NCBI GenBank assembly: GCA_963575745.1
Contig: CAUYUJ010000300.1
Coordinates: 1-64,000 of the forward strand
Direction: 5' to 3'
DNA: 64,000 bases
Source of the DNA: Prorocentrum cordatum
Lineage: Eukaryota
The notes beneath the pieces are model-generated. The model was not told the origin of the DNA. It did not search any database and saw only the letters and a program-made list of their open reading frames with translations. Position numbers and translations under genes: made by a program. Positions 1 through 12,565 of the stretch are shown here, one piece after another. Numbering within the stretch: the first letter of the stretch is position 1; every line of letters starts with the position of its first letter.

Positions 1-789
1 TCCTCCTCCTTCTCCCCCTCCTGCTCTTGCTCCTCCTCCTGCTTCTACTCCTGCATCTCCTCCTTTGATGCTGCTCCTCTTCCCCTGCCCCTCCTCCTCC
101 TCCTCCTCCTCCTCCTCCTCCTCCTCCTCCTCCTCCGTGGCGGGCCAGGTGGCGCGTGCCCGCCCCCCCGGCCGCAGGGGGCGCGCGCTGTGGCGCGCCT
201 CCGCCGCGGGGGGCGGGGCGGGGGGATGAATTCTCGGGGCGGGGCCCCAGAGAGGGGGGCTCCTCCTCCTCCTCCTCCTCCTCCTCCTCCTCCTCCTCCT
301 CCTCCTCCTCCTCCTCCACCCCTTCTCTTGGGGGGGGGGGGGGGGGCGAATTCTCGAGGCGGGGCCCCAGGGGTCCGGGCCTCGTGAGGGAGCTTGCGGC
401 GGGCGCGGCGGGCGCGGCGGGAGTGGCGAACAGCGACGGGCCTTGAGCGGCTCTGCCCTTGCTCCTGCTGCTCCGCCCGGTGCGGGATTTTCCACGCTCT
501 CCTCGTCGTCCTCCTCCGCCACCTCCCTCGTCACCCACTCAGCCTTGCTTCGAGCCATGCCACTTATCCTCGTGCTCCTCTTGTGCTGCACCCCTCCCAG
601 ACCCCACCTGCATCATCACAAGCCCTGTTTCCTTCTGCTCCTTCCTCCATGCCCCTTTCTTGCTCCTCGCTCCTCGCTCTTCCCTCCTCCCCACCCCTAC
701 CCTGCTGACCTCATTTCATTGTTTCGGTTCTTCCAGATCGAACCGCGTTCTCGACGCGACGATGTCGGCTGTGGCCGTGCTTTTCTATG

Positions 790-960
790 CCATGCTTTGC
801 CGTACTATACCATGCATCGCGCACTCTTTCGGGATCATTGCCCAGCTCGACATCCGACTGTGCGAATCGAGAGGAGGTCTGCGCAATGGCAGCTACGGGA
901 TTGGAGGGAGGGGTAGGACGTCAGACATGACGCTTGCGCACCTAGATTGCCCTACCTCCT
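790..960. repeat. Dispersed repeat of about 170 bp, second copy at about 59120-59280
   Basis: Both sites share 'ctttcgggatcattgccc..ctcgacatccgactgtgcga...ggagggaggggtagga..tcaga.atgacgc...cgcacctag'. Confidence 0.8.
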
Positions 961-1329
961 CTATCTATCCCTCCTCCTCCTCCTCCTCCTCCTGCTCCTC
1001 CTCTTCCCTCGCCTGTCCACCCCCCTCCCTCCTCGCCGCAGCCGCGCCGCGCCCGAGCGGCCCCTCCGTGCGTGGGCCTGCCCGAGCCTTCCCGAAGCAG
1101 CCTTCGGAACGGCGATGCTATGGGGCCCCGCCCGCCACCGAGCAGCCACGGTGCCGTCGAGAGACGGCTGCGCCAATCATGGCGCAGCCGTGGGAGAGGC
1201 GCACGCAGAGGGGCCAGGACGTCTTCCCTTCCTGCCGTGCTCTCTTTCTCCGCGTCCCCCTCTCCCTCCTCCTTCCGGCAAGCGCCGGTGATGCCTCCCA
1301 GCACGCCGGCATCGAAGCGCAGGGGCCCG

Positions 1330-2600
1330 GCGCCTTCATCAGCTGCAGCGCTGGGACCGGCGTGTGCGAGGAGAGCGAGGAGTGGCAGCAGACTCTGGCC
1401 CGACTCCGCGAGCGGGCGATAGTAGGGATACAGGAGGAGGAGGAGGAGGAGGAGGAGGAGGAGGAGGAGGAGGAGGAGGAGGAGCAGGGGGAGGAGGAGG
1501 AGGAGGAGGAGGAGGAGGAGAAAGGAGGAGGAGGAGGAGGGGGGAGGCGGAGGAGGAGGGGAGGAGGAGGAGGAGGAGGAGGAGGAGGAGGAGGAGGAGG
1601 AGGAGGAGGAGGAGGAAGAGGAGGTCTTCAGCTACAGCAGCCACAGCGCCGAAGGCAGCGCGTGTGAGAAGGGCGGGCAGTGGCAGCAGGCTCTGGCTGG
1701 GCTCCAGGACACGGAGGTGAAGCTGGAGCCCGACGTCCTCAGCTACAGCGTTGAAATCAGCGCGTCCGGGAAGGGCGAGCAGCGGCAGCAGGTAGCGGCA
1801 GCAGACGCTGACGCTGCGAGGAAAGTGCGGAAGGGCCACGATCAGCAACGCTGGGAGCAGCCCATGCGCGAAGGGTGCGCGCAGTGGCAGCCGAAGCTGG
1901 CGCTGCGAGGAAAGTGTGGGCGTGCCACGATCAGCAACGCTGGGAGCAGCCCGTGCGAAAAAGGGGACCCGCAGTGGCTGCCGACGCTGGCGATGAGCGA
2001 AACGTGCGGGTGGGCCACTATCAGCTACAATGCTGGGAGCAGTCGGTGCGAGAAATGGGGCGCGCAGTGGCAGCACACGCTGGCGCCGCGGGGAGAGTCT
2101 AAAACCCGACAGGCGAAGGACGAGCCTGACGACATCAACTACAGTGCTGGGGTGAGGGCATGCGAGTCGAAGGCCGAGCTCGATGCCATCAGCTACACCC
2201 GACGAGTCGCGGGAGGCTGGAGGCGGAATCGGCGCCCGACGTGGGTAGGCAAGTCGAAGAACGAGCCCGATGCCGTCAGCTACATCCGACGAGTGTGGAG
2301 AAGCTGGAAGCGAAGACGGAACCCGAAAGTGCGGGCGGGCGCCCGTGAGAGAAAGGGGGCATGCAGTGGCAGCAGACGCTGACGCTGCGAGAACGCGAAA
2401 AGCGGGGGGTGAGGATATAGCCTGATGGCTTTCCTCCCCCTCGTCGCTGTGGCTGGGCGCGGACGAAAGCTGGACGGCTCCGATACCACTGTGTGAAAGT
2501 GGAAGGAAGCTGGATCCAGAGTCTCGAGCGAGCCACCTGCTACAACTCTGAAATCAACTCGTGCGAGAAGGGGAGAACAGGCAATGGCAACAAAAACTGT
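1330..2600 (+). pseudogene. Degenerate pentatricopeptide-repeat (PPR) gene fragment
   Basis: Repeated PPR-like motifs across frames: ISCSAGTGVCEESEEWQQTLA, LEPDVLSYSVEISASGKGEQRQQ, TISYNAGSSRCEKWGAQWQH, EPDDINYSAGVRACE, EPDAVSY. Frameshifts are present and a (GAG)n tract interrupts it at about 1432-1623. Confidence 0.75.
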
Positions 2601-3902
2601 CAGGCGTGTCACCCGTATTTTAGGCCAAGCGTTTCTGACGGTCAGTGCAAATGGGCAATATTGTGAAGGAGGTATGCACCACCCCGAGCGAGAACGGCCA
2701 AGGGTATTGATTCGTTATGGGAGAGAGGCCATTGACCAGGAGCGCCTATGTAAGTACGGCTTGCAAAATGCGAGCAGCCTCGTGTTGTGTGTTCTCATCG
2801 GCACGTGAGCGCAAGAGAGCAGTCCCACATCAATCCCTCCTCACCGCGAGCCCTCGGCCCCGACCTCGTCTCCGCCCACCCCGAGAAGCCTTCCGACAGG
2901 TCGTGGCCCCTCAGCAGGAGGCAGGAAAATTGAGGCCTGGAAATCTCGTAGAATGACCCTGGCCGAAATTGCCCCCGGGTTGTCGCTACTTTTTGGTGTT
3001 CCCGGAGCCCTGTGCCTCCCTTCTTCCATCTTTCCCCCAGCCCCCCACGCGGCCGCCTTCCGCCTTCCTCTCCCTCTTGTGCCGCTGGACAATTCGTGTT
3101 CTGTGCCCTGGACTAGTTGAGCGCGTGCGGATTGCCTCTGCCGCGCTGCGACGGAGCCCTCTGGGCCTCGTGAGGGGTGCCCTGGAGGTCCTCTGGGCCT
3201 TCTTGGGGTCATCTCGGGCCGGGGTCCCGTAGGATGTCTTCGTGAGAACAATCGGGGACGAATGCAGCCGTATCGGGAAGCTACTGAGCCCGATTTCGCC
3301 CAGGATCGAGCCAGATGAAGCGGGATTGCACTAACCTGAGCCTGATGATAGGACGGGTTCGCATGGGTGACATCCCAGCGCCGACGCTGAACTCAACCTA
3401 GCAGGAGCTGCAACCCACAAAAGTGGCGCTGGAAACTGCAGGACCCACGGTCGCACGGGATCGCCGATGCAGGAAGAGGAGGAGGAGGCGGCGGAGGAGG
3501 CGGAGGAGGGGGAGGAGGAGGCGGAGGAGGAGGAGGGGAACGAGGAGGAGGAGGATGAGGAGGAGGAGGCGGAGGAGGAGGAGGAGGAGGCGGAGGAGGA
3601 CCATCGGAGGGGAGGAGGAGGCGGCGGAGGAGGAGGCGGAGGCGGAGGGGGAGGAGGAGGAGGAGGAGGAGGAGGAGGAGGAGGAGGAGGAGGAGGAGGC
3701 GGAGGAGGAGGAGGAGGAGGAGGGCCATCGGACCCACGGTGGCACGGGATCGCCGATGCACCGCCGAGGCGTCGGCCTCCGCCGGGATATGGAGAACAGC
3801 CGACTGCACGTCGCGCCTCGGTGCCCCCAGCGAGGCGGTGCGCGCTCCGGAGGCCCCGCTCGCCTGCCTCGGGTCGCACGGAGGAGGGAGACAGCATAAG
3901 TG

Positions 3903-4060
3903 AAGGGGCCCTGGGACACAAAAATAAATACACACAAATAAAAATATTCCTCATATTTTCCCATATTTTATGAGGTTCTGTCTTCCCCCCACTTCCCATA
4001 TTTTCCTGTATTTTCTGAGGAATCGACGATTAATTGTGTCTGTGTGTTTTTTCCCTCCTG
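3903..4060. repeat. Dispersed AT-rich repeat family 'R1', the target of the YR retrotransposon. Other copies at about 6921-7083, 39509-39660, 41833-41877 (partial), 52294-52455, 53058-53205, and split at 11651-11686/19831-19960
   Basis: Conserved 'gggacacacaaataaatacacacaaataaa..attccccatattttcccatat...gaatcgacgattaattgtgtctgtgtg'. Confidence 0.9.
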
Positions 4061-4149
4061 AATAAGGGAGGCCGGCGAATCGGCTTCGGGGATCCACTAA
4101 CTGAGCATTTTCTTGGGGTGGAGGGCATTTCAAGTTTCACCATTTGCCC

Positions 4150-4390
4150 TCCACCCACAGAAGATGCTCCGACTAACCCGGGTCAATCAGACCCGGGTCA
4201 GCAGGAAACGACAAACATTGCAGAGCAAGGACAAAAGGCGACGCAGGGCTTCGCAAACCCGGGCCAGCCAACATGCGCGGCCGCCTCGCGGCCACGAGCG
4301 GCTCGCCAACCCGGGTCAGCCAAAGGTGGTCTTCGCAGAATCCTGCAGGATCCGGTGCCCTGGCTGACCTCCGTTTGCATTGGCCATTGG
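4150..4390. repeat. Dispersed repeat with 'aacccgggtcagcc' motifs, second copy at about 53510-53725
   Basis: Near-identical 'gcagggcttcgcaaacccggg.cagccaa.atgcgcggccgcc.cgcggccacgagcggctcgc.aacccgggtcagcca'. Confidence 0.8.
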
Positions 4391-4536
4391 CCCCCGTCTC
4401 CGAACCCCGACGGCTCACGCAGCGGACTTCCCCGGCGCCTCCTGGCGCCAGAGGCGCCGATGCGTATCGAGGAATGCGCCTGGCGGTGAGGCCGAGACCA
4501 GCTGCACGTGGCAGATTTCGTCCCCCCCCCTTTCCC

Positions 4537-4722
4537 TACTCCAGATTTCGTAGTGAAAGGGAGGGGGTCTGGACCCTCCAAGACAAGCCATTTCAGACCT
4601 CCCCCGTGGGAGAACCCTCCAAAAACATCGTCCCCAGAACCCCCCAGGCCCTCCAAGATAGCCTGGAAGAGACCCCCCTCCCGAAATGAGACCCCCCTCC
4701 CTTTATTACGAAATCTGGAGTA
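4537..4722. mobile_element. MITE with terminal inverted repeats (TIRs) and TA target duplication, inverted copy at about 44090-44277
   Basis: TA-ctccagatttcgta ... tacgaaatctggag-TA. It interrupts 'cctttccc|ta|tcccccc', which is intact at about 30721-30740 and 63175-63192. Confidence 0.8.
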
Positions 4723-5382
4723 TCCCCCCCTCTTTCGTCCGACCCGGTTGCCCTGTCAGGAGGCCTGGGGGAGAGGGCACAGTCGTGCATGACAGCGGGG
4801 TGAAACCAGGGCGCGCCGATCGGCTGCGGGAGACCGCGCTGTGTGGCGGCGGCGCGCGCTGTGCTGGGGTGCATGCAGAGCGGGGGCGGGCTCGACCAGG
4901 GGCGGCCACGGCACAGCACGGGGTGAGACAGGGCAGGGCCTGCTGGCGGAGGCCCAGGAGCAGCAGAACGGCATGAGCACGACTCCTTGGCTCGGCGCTG
5001 GACCGAGAAGAGATGTCCAACCCATGGGCGTGTCTGAAGGCGATGTCCCACCCATGGGCGGGTCTGAAGGAGGTGTCCAACCCGTGGGCGGGCCTGGAGA
5101 TGGCGCCAGGTTTGGCCGTCTCTCTACTTAGAGGAGCCAAATAAACATGAACATAAATTTTGGAAGGTCCGCACGGATTTCTTGGATCCACGCCGGACCC
5201 CCCTCCCCGGAGCGCGGACGGCGCCAGGGGCGGCGCCAGAGGCGCCGCTGGGGGGGCCCAGCGCGGGTCCAAGAAAGCCGCGCGGAGCGCCAACTGTCTA
5301 TGTGTAGTTCTTCTCCGACGAATGGCAATTGCTCTTCGTGCCCGTTCTCGCCCTCGTCTCGGGAGAGCGATGGGCCTCGTCA

Positions 5383-5559
5383 TACAGTCGACCAGTATAG
5401 TGAGGATGCGCGATGAGGACGCAAGGGCCTTGGACGCCCATTTCGTAGCTTTCCGAGCGGGGCGCGGCCAGCGAGAGCGGCGAAGGATGGACCGAGGAGG
5501 CAAGGATGCAAGGGTACCCTTGGGAAGGTTGCCCATCCTTACTATGCGGGTTGACTGTA
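5383..5559. mobile_element. Tc1/mariner/pogo-type MITE (TA-CAGTC...GACTG-TA), partial copies at about 11295-11438, 21905-22070, 52885-53032
   Basis: Imperfect TIRs 'tacagtcgaccagtatagtgaggatg' ... 'catccttactatgcgggttgactgta'. The internal 'ggatgcaagggtacccttgggaagg' is shared with the copies. Confidence 0.7.
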
Positions 5560-6487
5560 TGGCGTGCGCAACGCGCGCCAGGGGCGGCGCCGGAGGCGCC
5601 GCCAGCGGGGTCGCCGTCGTCGTCCTCCTCCTCATCATCACCATCATCATGATCCACCCCCTCCTCCTCCTCCACCTCCTCCTGATCCTCCTCCTCACCA
5701 GAACTCCATAGAACTCCGTTCCCGAGGCCGCACCCCCGAGCTGGTGGCACTCCGTTCCGGGCACTCTCTGGGAACTCGTCCGGAGCTGGATGTTTTATCA
5801 GCTCGGGGGGCGGGGAGCGGCCAGCCCTCATGGCTTGTGGTGGTGGTTTTCTCTTCTCTGGTGACTTCAGCTGGCTCTTGCCATCGCTCGGGCGTCCACT
5901 CCCCGTGCACTGTCTGGCTTCGTGCGTGCTTGTGGCTTCAAGGCGGTCCAAGTTGCCCTAAGCTGGTGCAGCTCTTCTGACGCTGGCCTCGCCGCGAAAT
6001 GCATGCCCGAGCGACAACAGGGGCCTGTGGTCTTCGACGAGGGACAGCTGCTCGTCTGGCGCGCGCGCGCGCTGCCAGGTGAGCGACGGACTAAGCACGG
6101 GCCCCGCGCGAGAAGACGCAGCGACCTCACGCCGCGGCCTACGCGGGCCGCCCGCGCCGCACACCGCGTGGAGCCGCGGGCGCTGGCGCACGGCCTCACG
6201 CGGGCAGCCTTGCAGACCCCGACGTCGTGACTTTTTCCACAGCGTCGACCCCCAGAGGTCCAGGCCCTCCTCCTCCTCCTCCTCCTCCTCCTCCTCCTCC
6301 TCCCCTTTCCCGGGACCTGCTTTTCGTCCTGAGTCGTTCCTCGACGGTCCCGCGCAAGGGCCCCTGGAGGCCGGAAACCCAGCGAGAAAGCTCCCGTCGT
6401 GATTCCTTCACATCGCGAGGGGGTCTGGGCTACCGCGCGAATGTCGACGCCATCGGCACCGTTTTTTGCTGCGTGGCTCGGGTGCGT

Positions 6488-6720
6488 TGAGCAGGGACCG
6501 ACCGTCCCGGTATGTCTATAGGCCCACCACGACATGTTCTCAGAACCCAACAGTGCTCCGAACACAAGCACCATGTTCTTAGAACGCAAGCCCGATATGT
6601 TTAAACACGTCAGTCCCAGCCAGACATGCTCTAAGCACATGTCGTGGAAGCCACCAACGGCTCGCAAAACACTCCTTGGTAGGCCTATAGGCACGCCAGG
6701 ACGCTTCGCCACTGCCTGAG
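6488..6720. mobile_element. MITE-like family of about 230 bp, copies at about 10607-10850, 32160-32393, 39038-39501 (with nested insert), 44956-45184
   Basis: Ends 'gagcagggaccgaccgtcccgg..cctatag' and 'ctatagg...gacgcttcgccactgc(t/c)tga' form imperfect inverted repeats. Confidence 0.75.
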
Positions 6721-8109
6721 TGCACCCCGACGCGTGCCGCGGCGAAGGCCCCGAGGCGCCCCGGCCCTCTCAGAGCTTCAGCCCCGAAGGGGCGCCCCGC
6801 GGCTCCGCGGTCGGTCCGCGGCGGCGCCCCTCGCCGCGGGGCCGTCCGCCAGCTCCATGGACACCTCCCGCAGCGTCGAGATGCTGCCCCTGATGAGAGG
6901 CTGCAGTCAGCCAGGATACTGAAGGGTCCCTGGGACACACAAATAAATACACACACATAAAAAGATTCCCCCTATTTTTCCCATATGTTCTGTTTTTTTG
7001 TCTTCCCCCCCACTTCCCATATTGTCGCATATTTTCTGGGGAATCGACGATTAATTGGGTCTGTGTGTTTTTTCCCCTCCTGAGGATACAGTCGACCAGG
7101 ATACAGTCGGGGCGCTGACTTAAGGAAGCGCGCGCAAAGGTTCTTGACACCGCCTCGATCGTTCAACCTTGAACCGATCGCGGCACCGATCGTTCAAGGT
7201 TGAATTCCGTTGGGCCCTGTGGCGTCAACGTGCCCCTCGGTGCTTCCTCGTCGTTCCATCGTGCGGAGTTCAACCTTGAAAGTCTTCGCCGGCGTCGCCA
7301 GCGCGCCATCGACGCGCCGCGGAACTGCACTGAAGCCACGCACCCAGGGACAGTGAATGACCGTTCGGCCCCCTCACTCTGATTCATCCTTGTCCTTGTT
7401 CCATCGGGGAAACCGAAGGCTTGGGTTCGGAGAACTTGGGTTGGCCTGGCGAAGCCGTCAGGAAAATGACGAGACCCGGTCTGACATTTGACGCGAGCTC
7501 CCGCTGCGCACATCCCACGAAAACTGGATCGCCCAAATCCAGGACGGGCTGGGCTCGTCGAAAAGCGGCGGCGAACCAGAGTCCCTGCGAACTCGAGCCT
7601 TGCGTCATGCTGTTCCCAGCGCACTTCAGGACCACATCCCAGACAAAATTTCAAGCACCCAGAGAAATATCGAAACGGTGTCGAACGAGTATCGCCTCCC
7701 AGGGACCGATACGTGACCCCCCCCCCAAGTTTTCGGAACTTTCTTGGTGCTCGGAACTACATCTGGTGATCAAGGCTAAAGTGGGTTGGAACATCATAAG
7801 CCTTACGTTTCACCGACCCCAGCCCCCCGAGGCCGTAGGCGACCCGAGGAGGGGGATGAGGACGAGGAGGAGGAAGAGGAGGAGGAGGAGGAGGAGGAGG
7901 AGGAGGAGGAGGAAGACGAGGAGGAGAAGGAGGAGGAGGAGGAGGAGGAGGAGGAGGAGGAGGAGGAGGGGGAGAAGGAGGAGGGGAGAAGGAGGAGGTG
8001 GAGGAGGAGGAGAGGAGGAGGAGGAGGAGGAGGAAGGAGGAGGAAGAGGGGCGGAGGAGGAGAGGAGGGAGGAGGAGGAGGAGGAGGGGGAGGAGGAGGA
8101 GGAGGAGTT

Positions 8110-9007
8110 TTAAACTCGCGTGCTCTCGCCCGTGAGTGAATGCCCCTGGTCTCGGCACCCCGCGCAGGCGACGCGCCCGAGGCAGGGTGGGCCAGCGGCC
8201 TCAGCTCACGGCGCTTCTACTAGCCGTTCTCCAGCGCTGGCTGACGGAGATTCTGCAGCACCATCTTGCGAGCACGCCTGATGTGCTCGTCGACCCGCTC
8301 CTCGCGGCAGGGCTGCGCCGTGCCGAGCTGCGCCGAGCCAGCACCGCCGCCGTCGGCCACCGCCAGGGCCTCCTGGCCTGCCGAGGAGGCGTGGGCCGCC
8401 GCCGCCACCGCGGCCCCGCCGCGGGGCGCGGCCGCTCCTCCACCGTCGCCGAGGGGCTGGGTGGCGCTCATGCCCTTGTCCTTGCCCACCGACGCGGGCG
8501 CGCCCGCGCGGCTCGTGCGCCGCCCCGCGCTGGACGGCGGGCGGCTCGGCTGCGCAGGCACAGCTCGTCCGCCCAGCTGTCGTCCTCCATCATGGCCTCG
8601 GCGACCTCCTCGCCCTCCACGTCCATTTCCTTCGTCTCTGCAGCAGTGGCTCCTCGCCGACGTCGACCGCGCCGTCGCCTCCGCCGCGGCGCCGCGGCGC
8701 CAGGCGGCAGGCCACCCGCGGGATCATCAGGGGCTCGATCATGCTCGGCGTCAGGGGGACGATGAGGAGCAGCAGCACGGCGTCGCGAAGCCTCCAGCTC
8801 CGCCGCCGCCGCCCTGCACAGGCCCTCGGCGGCGCGCAACATGCGGCAAGCCGCAGGCGCTCCGGGGGCCAGCCCCGCCGCCGAATGGGCCGCCGACGTG
8901 GCACCTCGGGCGGCCGCGATTGCAGCGCGGGGATCAGCAGCCGGCATCACCCGAACCGAGGCGGGCGGCGCGGCCCGGCGACACCAGGTTCGAGCGAAAT
9001 GGTTACT
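8110..9007 (-). mobile_element. Retrocopy headed by a degenerate DinoSL, encoding an Ala/Arg-rich protein (family shared with 28440-29238)
   Basis: The minus strand begins TAGTAACCATTTCGCTCGAA (degenerate SL). The ORF reads MPAADPRAAIAAARGATSAAHSAAGLA...RMLRAAEGLCRAAAAEL. (GAG)n tracts flank both sides. Confidence 0.55.
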
Positions 9008-10905
9008 AGGAGGAGAGGAGGGGAGGAGGGGAGGAGGAGGGGAGGAGGGGAGGAGGAGGAGGGGAGGAGGAGGAGGAGAGGAGGAGGAGGAGGAGGACCC
9101 GCCCGACCTGCCGCTGGGGTCGTCGCTGCGCGACTCCACGCCGGAGGGCCGAGAGACCTCCGGGCCGCGCGCGGGGAGGCGGCGCGTCGGGAAGGGGTGG
9201 CCTCGAGGCGCGCGCCTGGCCAGCCGCCGCTTGCTACGGTAGTGAGGGGCAACGATCGGGGGGGACTGGCACAGGGGGGATGTCTCTCCTCCTCCTCTCC
9301 TCCTCCTCCTCCTCCTCCCCTCCTCTCTTCCTCCTTCCTCCTCCTCCTCCTCCTCCTCCTCCTCCTCCTCCTCCTCCTCCTCCTCCTCCTCTCCTATCTT
9401 CATCCTCCTCCTCCCCTCCTCCTCCCTCCCCCCTCCCCCTCCCCATCCTCATCTCCTCCTCCTCCCCTCTCCTCCTCCTCCTCCTCACCTCCTCCTCCTC
9501 CTCCTCCTCCTCCTGCTCGCCCTGCGCCTCCTCCCCCCTCCTCCTCCCATGCGGGGCAACGATAGAGGGGGACTGGCCTAGGGGTGGACACATCGACCTG
9601 GAATCGGCGATACATCGCCGATAGATCGGCGATAGGCCTCCGATAGCGAATCCGCACCTTCCTGGGCAGGTTGGGGCTGTCGGGCCCCTATCGGCGATCA
9701 ATGGGCGCTATGGGGTCGATGCATCCCACCCTATGCCTGTCCCCCCCTATCGTTGCCCCCGAAGTCGGGGCCCGACCACAAGGAACCTTGCGCAAGAAAC
9801 CCAACCCAGAGACTCCGGAGACCCCAGGACGTCCATAGAGATGTTTGGTGTGGGAACACGTCGCGCTGTCCATCGCACAGCCATCGAAGCCTAGGAAGCC
9901 CAGGGCACCCTGGAGGCAAGCAGGGTGCTTCTTGGCATGGATCCCCGCTGTATGCCCGGGCCTGCCCCTGGGGAGGCAGGGCTTCCGCCGGCGGAGGCAG
10001 CCCTCGTTTGGCTTCCGCCGCCCTTCTGCCAAGGAAGAGACGACAAAATTCCTTCGGCCCTTGATAGCGAGGCTTTTCCTTGAGTGCCTCACGTGTTGCT
10101 CCCCCCTTGGGGAAAACAAGAAGGTACCGATGCCGCTGCTCCCGTGACGTCTGCCGGGGTGCGCTCCGACCATAAATCTCGAGGCGACCTCAGCCGTGGC
10201 GACGAGAGGCAGCAGCACGTGGACCCTGCCCCTTCGTACCAGATTTCTGCAGAAGCGGCTGGGGCGCAGAGAGGTCTGCGGAGGCCTGCAGCCAGGTGAG
10301 CCCCGGCGGGGGTGTCCGATACCCCAGGAGCCAAATGGATCCGCAGGGGCAGCCTTCGCCACCGGTCGCAGAGACGAGGGCCTCGGAAGACCAGAAATGC
10401 GAAACCGAGTAGATGGGGTCGAAGGATCGCGCCGCATCGCCAATACATCGCCGATGCATCGTCGATGCATCGGCGACCTCGGCGATGCATCGGTGCCGTC
10501 GGCGTGGTGAACCACGGCCTCGGCATCGGCGATGCGTCGCCGATGCGGCGATGCGGCGCGATCCTCCGACCCCAGCTGCTCGGACCCCATCTGGGAGGCC
10601 CAGAGTTAAGCAGGGACCGACCGTCCCGGCATTCCTATAGTCCTACCACGAAGTGTACTTAGAACCCCAAACTGTTCTAACAGCAAAAACCATATTCTTA
10701 GAACATAAGCCCGATGTGAGAAAACAAAACAATCTCCGCCAGGTGGAAGCCACGAGAGGTTCTCAGAACATTTCGTGGGAACCACGACAGGTTCTTAGGA
10801 CATTGCTTGGCAGGGCTATAGGCGAGCCAGGATGCTTCGCCACCGCTTGACAGAAGGCAGCGGCACCCGTGCCTCTGAGCCTGCCCCAGGGTCTGCCCCC
10901 CCTTG

Positions 10906-11286
10906 GGGGCCACATGCGAGCCCTACCCCTACCCCCCGCGATTTCGGAGGGGGAGGGTGGGGTTTCCTTCGCTCGGGAGCTCCCGGGCGAAGCGAGCCCC
11001 ATCTAAGGAACCCTAAATAAGGAACGAGGCCCCTGTTCCCATACATTAAACTTCGGTATCCCTTGGAAAAAATACGGAAAACCTCAGGCACAGCGTAAAG
11101 CAACCAAGGAACACGGAGCCCCTCCCCAACGAAAAGGGCTCCTTCTTCAGGGCCCCGCCTGCACCTCCCCCGATTTCGGAGGGGGAGGGTGGGGTTCCCT
11201 TCGCTCGGGAGCTCCCGGGCGAAGTGAACCCCACCCACCCCCTCCGAAATCGTGGGGGGGTAGGGGTAGGGCTCGCATGTGGCCCC
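10906..11286. mobile_element. Long-TIR MITE-like element containing a nested repeat (about 11003-11157)
   Basis: Inverted repeat of about 55 bp: 'ggggccacatgcgagccctacccctacccccc..gatttcggaggggg' / 'cccctccgaaatc..ggggggtaggggtagggctcgcatgtggcccc'. Confidence 0.7.
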
Positions 11287-11686
11287 CTTCATACGGATGC
11301 AAGGGCCTTGGACGCCCAGTTCGAAGCTTCTCGAGCGGGGCGCGGCCCGCGAGAGCGGCGAAGGGTGGACCGAGGAGGCAAGGATGCAAGGGTACCCTTG
11401 GGAAGGCTGCCCATCCTTACTATGCGGGTTGACTGTACTAGAGACGTTGCTGGCTACACGCAAGCTTTTTTTGGCAAACGAAGCCACAAACCACGGAGCG
11501 CAGATCCCCCTCCCCTCGCGGGGGCTGCAGGCGACCCCTTGATACAGGCACGCTGCAACGCCAAAGCAGGCATGCGCAGTATCGGCCGGCCGGGTAAACG
11601 TCGCCGGGCTCCAAGGGGAGGAGGGAGAAACGGGAGGGGTCTTTCTTTGAAGAGGCCCTGGGACACACAAATAAATACACACAAAT

Positions 11687-12003
11687 GTGTGCAGGCGGGG
11701 GTCAGAGCGGTAGCTCATAGGGAATAGAGGGGAGCCGCAACATGCAATGATCACTCACACTGGGCGTTGCCCCTTCTTACTCCCTCTACTCGTTGGCCAA
11801 AGCTGTTGACAGAGCTTCGAGTGCCTCGAGACAACGGCACCAGCATGTGCGAGCCACAGGGCCCGCCCCGAGGCAACGGCAGAATTCGCACCTCGAGTGC
11901 ACCACCGTCGTGCAACGACCGGGGTCAGAACGCCGCCCCAAGCGGGCCTCGAGGGGGAGCAGACTCGCACCACGCTCTGCCCAGAAGCCCGAGAAGAAGA
12001 AGC
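11687..12003 (-). repeat. Split direct repeat B2 (3' end of element)
   Basis: About 317 bp, differing from 12176-12492 by roughly 9 substitutions counted by eye. Confidence 0.95.
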
Positions 12004-12090
12004 GAAGCTCTCGCGAGACGTTGAACGGGCAAGAGCGGCCAGGCAGAGAAGGAGCCTGGACGGCATGGCACAGGGCGGACTGCGGGCGGG

Positions 12091-12173
12091 CCACAAAGGC
12101 TGCCATGCATTCTGATGCGGCCAACGTTCGCTCATTACCCCTCCGCCCACACATTGACCGTAAACGTGTTCAT
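12091..12173 (-). repeat. Split direct repeat A2
   Basis: 83 bp identical to 19748-19830 (ccacaaaggctgcc...aaacgtgttcat). Confidence 0.95.
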
Positions 12174-12175
12174 GT

Positions 12176-12492
12176 GTGTGCAGGCGGGGGTCAGAGCGGT
12201 AGCTCATAGGGAATAAAGGGGAGCCACAACATGCAATGATCACTCACACTGGGCGTTGCCCCTTCTTACTCCCTCTATTCGTTGGCCAAAGCTGTTGACA
12301 GAGCTTCGAGTGCCTCGAGACAACGGCACCAGCATGTGCGAGCCACAGGGCTCGCCCCGAGGCCACGGCAGAATTCGCACCTCGAGCGCACCACCGTCGT
12401 GCAACGACCGGGGTCAGAACGCCGTCCCAAGAGGGCCTCGAGGGGGAGCAGACTCGCACCACGCTGTGCCCAGAAGCCCGAGAAGAAGAAGC
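12176..12492 (-). repeat. Split direct repeat B1
   Basis: Direct copy of 11687-12003, abutting A2 through 'ttcAT-gt-gtgtgcagg'. Confidence 0.95.
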
Positions 12493-12565
12493 TCTCCACT
12501 CCAAGAACACCCAAAAGCTCTCCAATGTGTTCCGACATGTGGCCGAAGGCCGCCCATAACATTCT

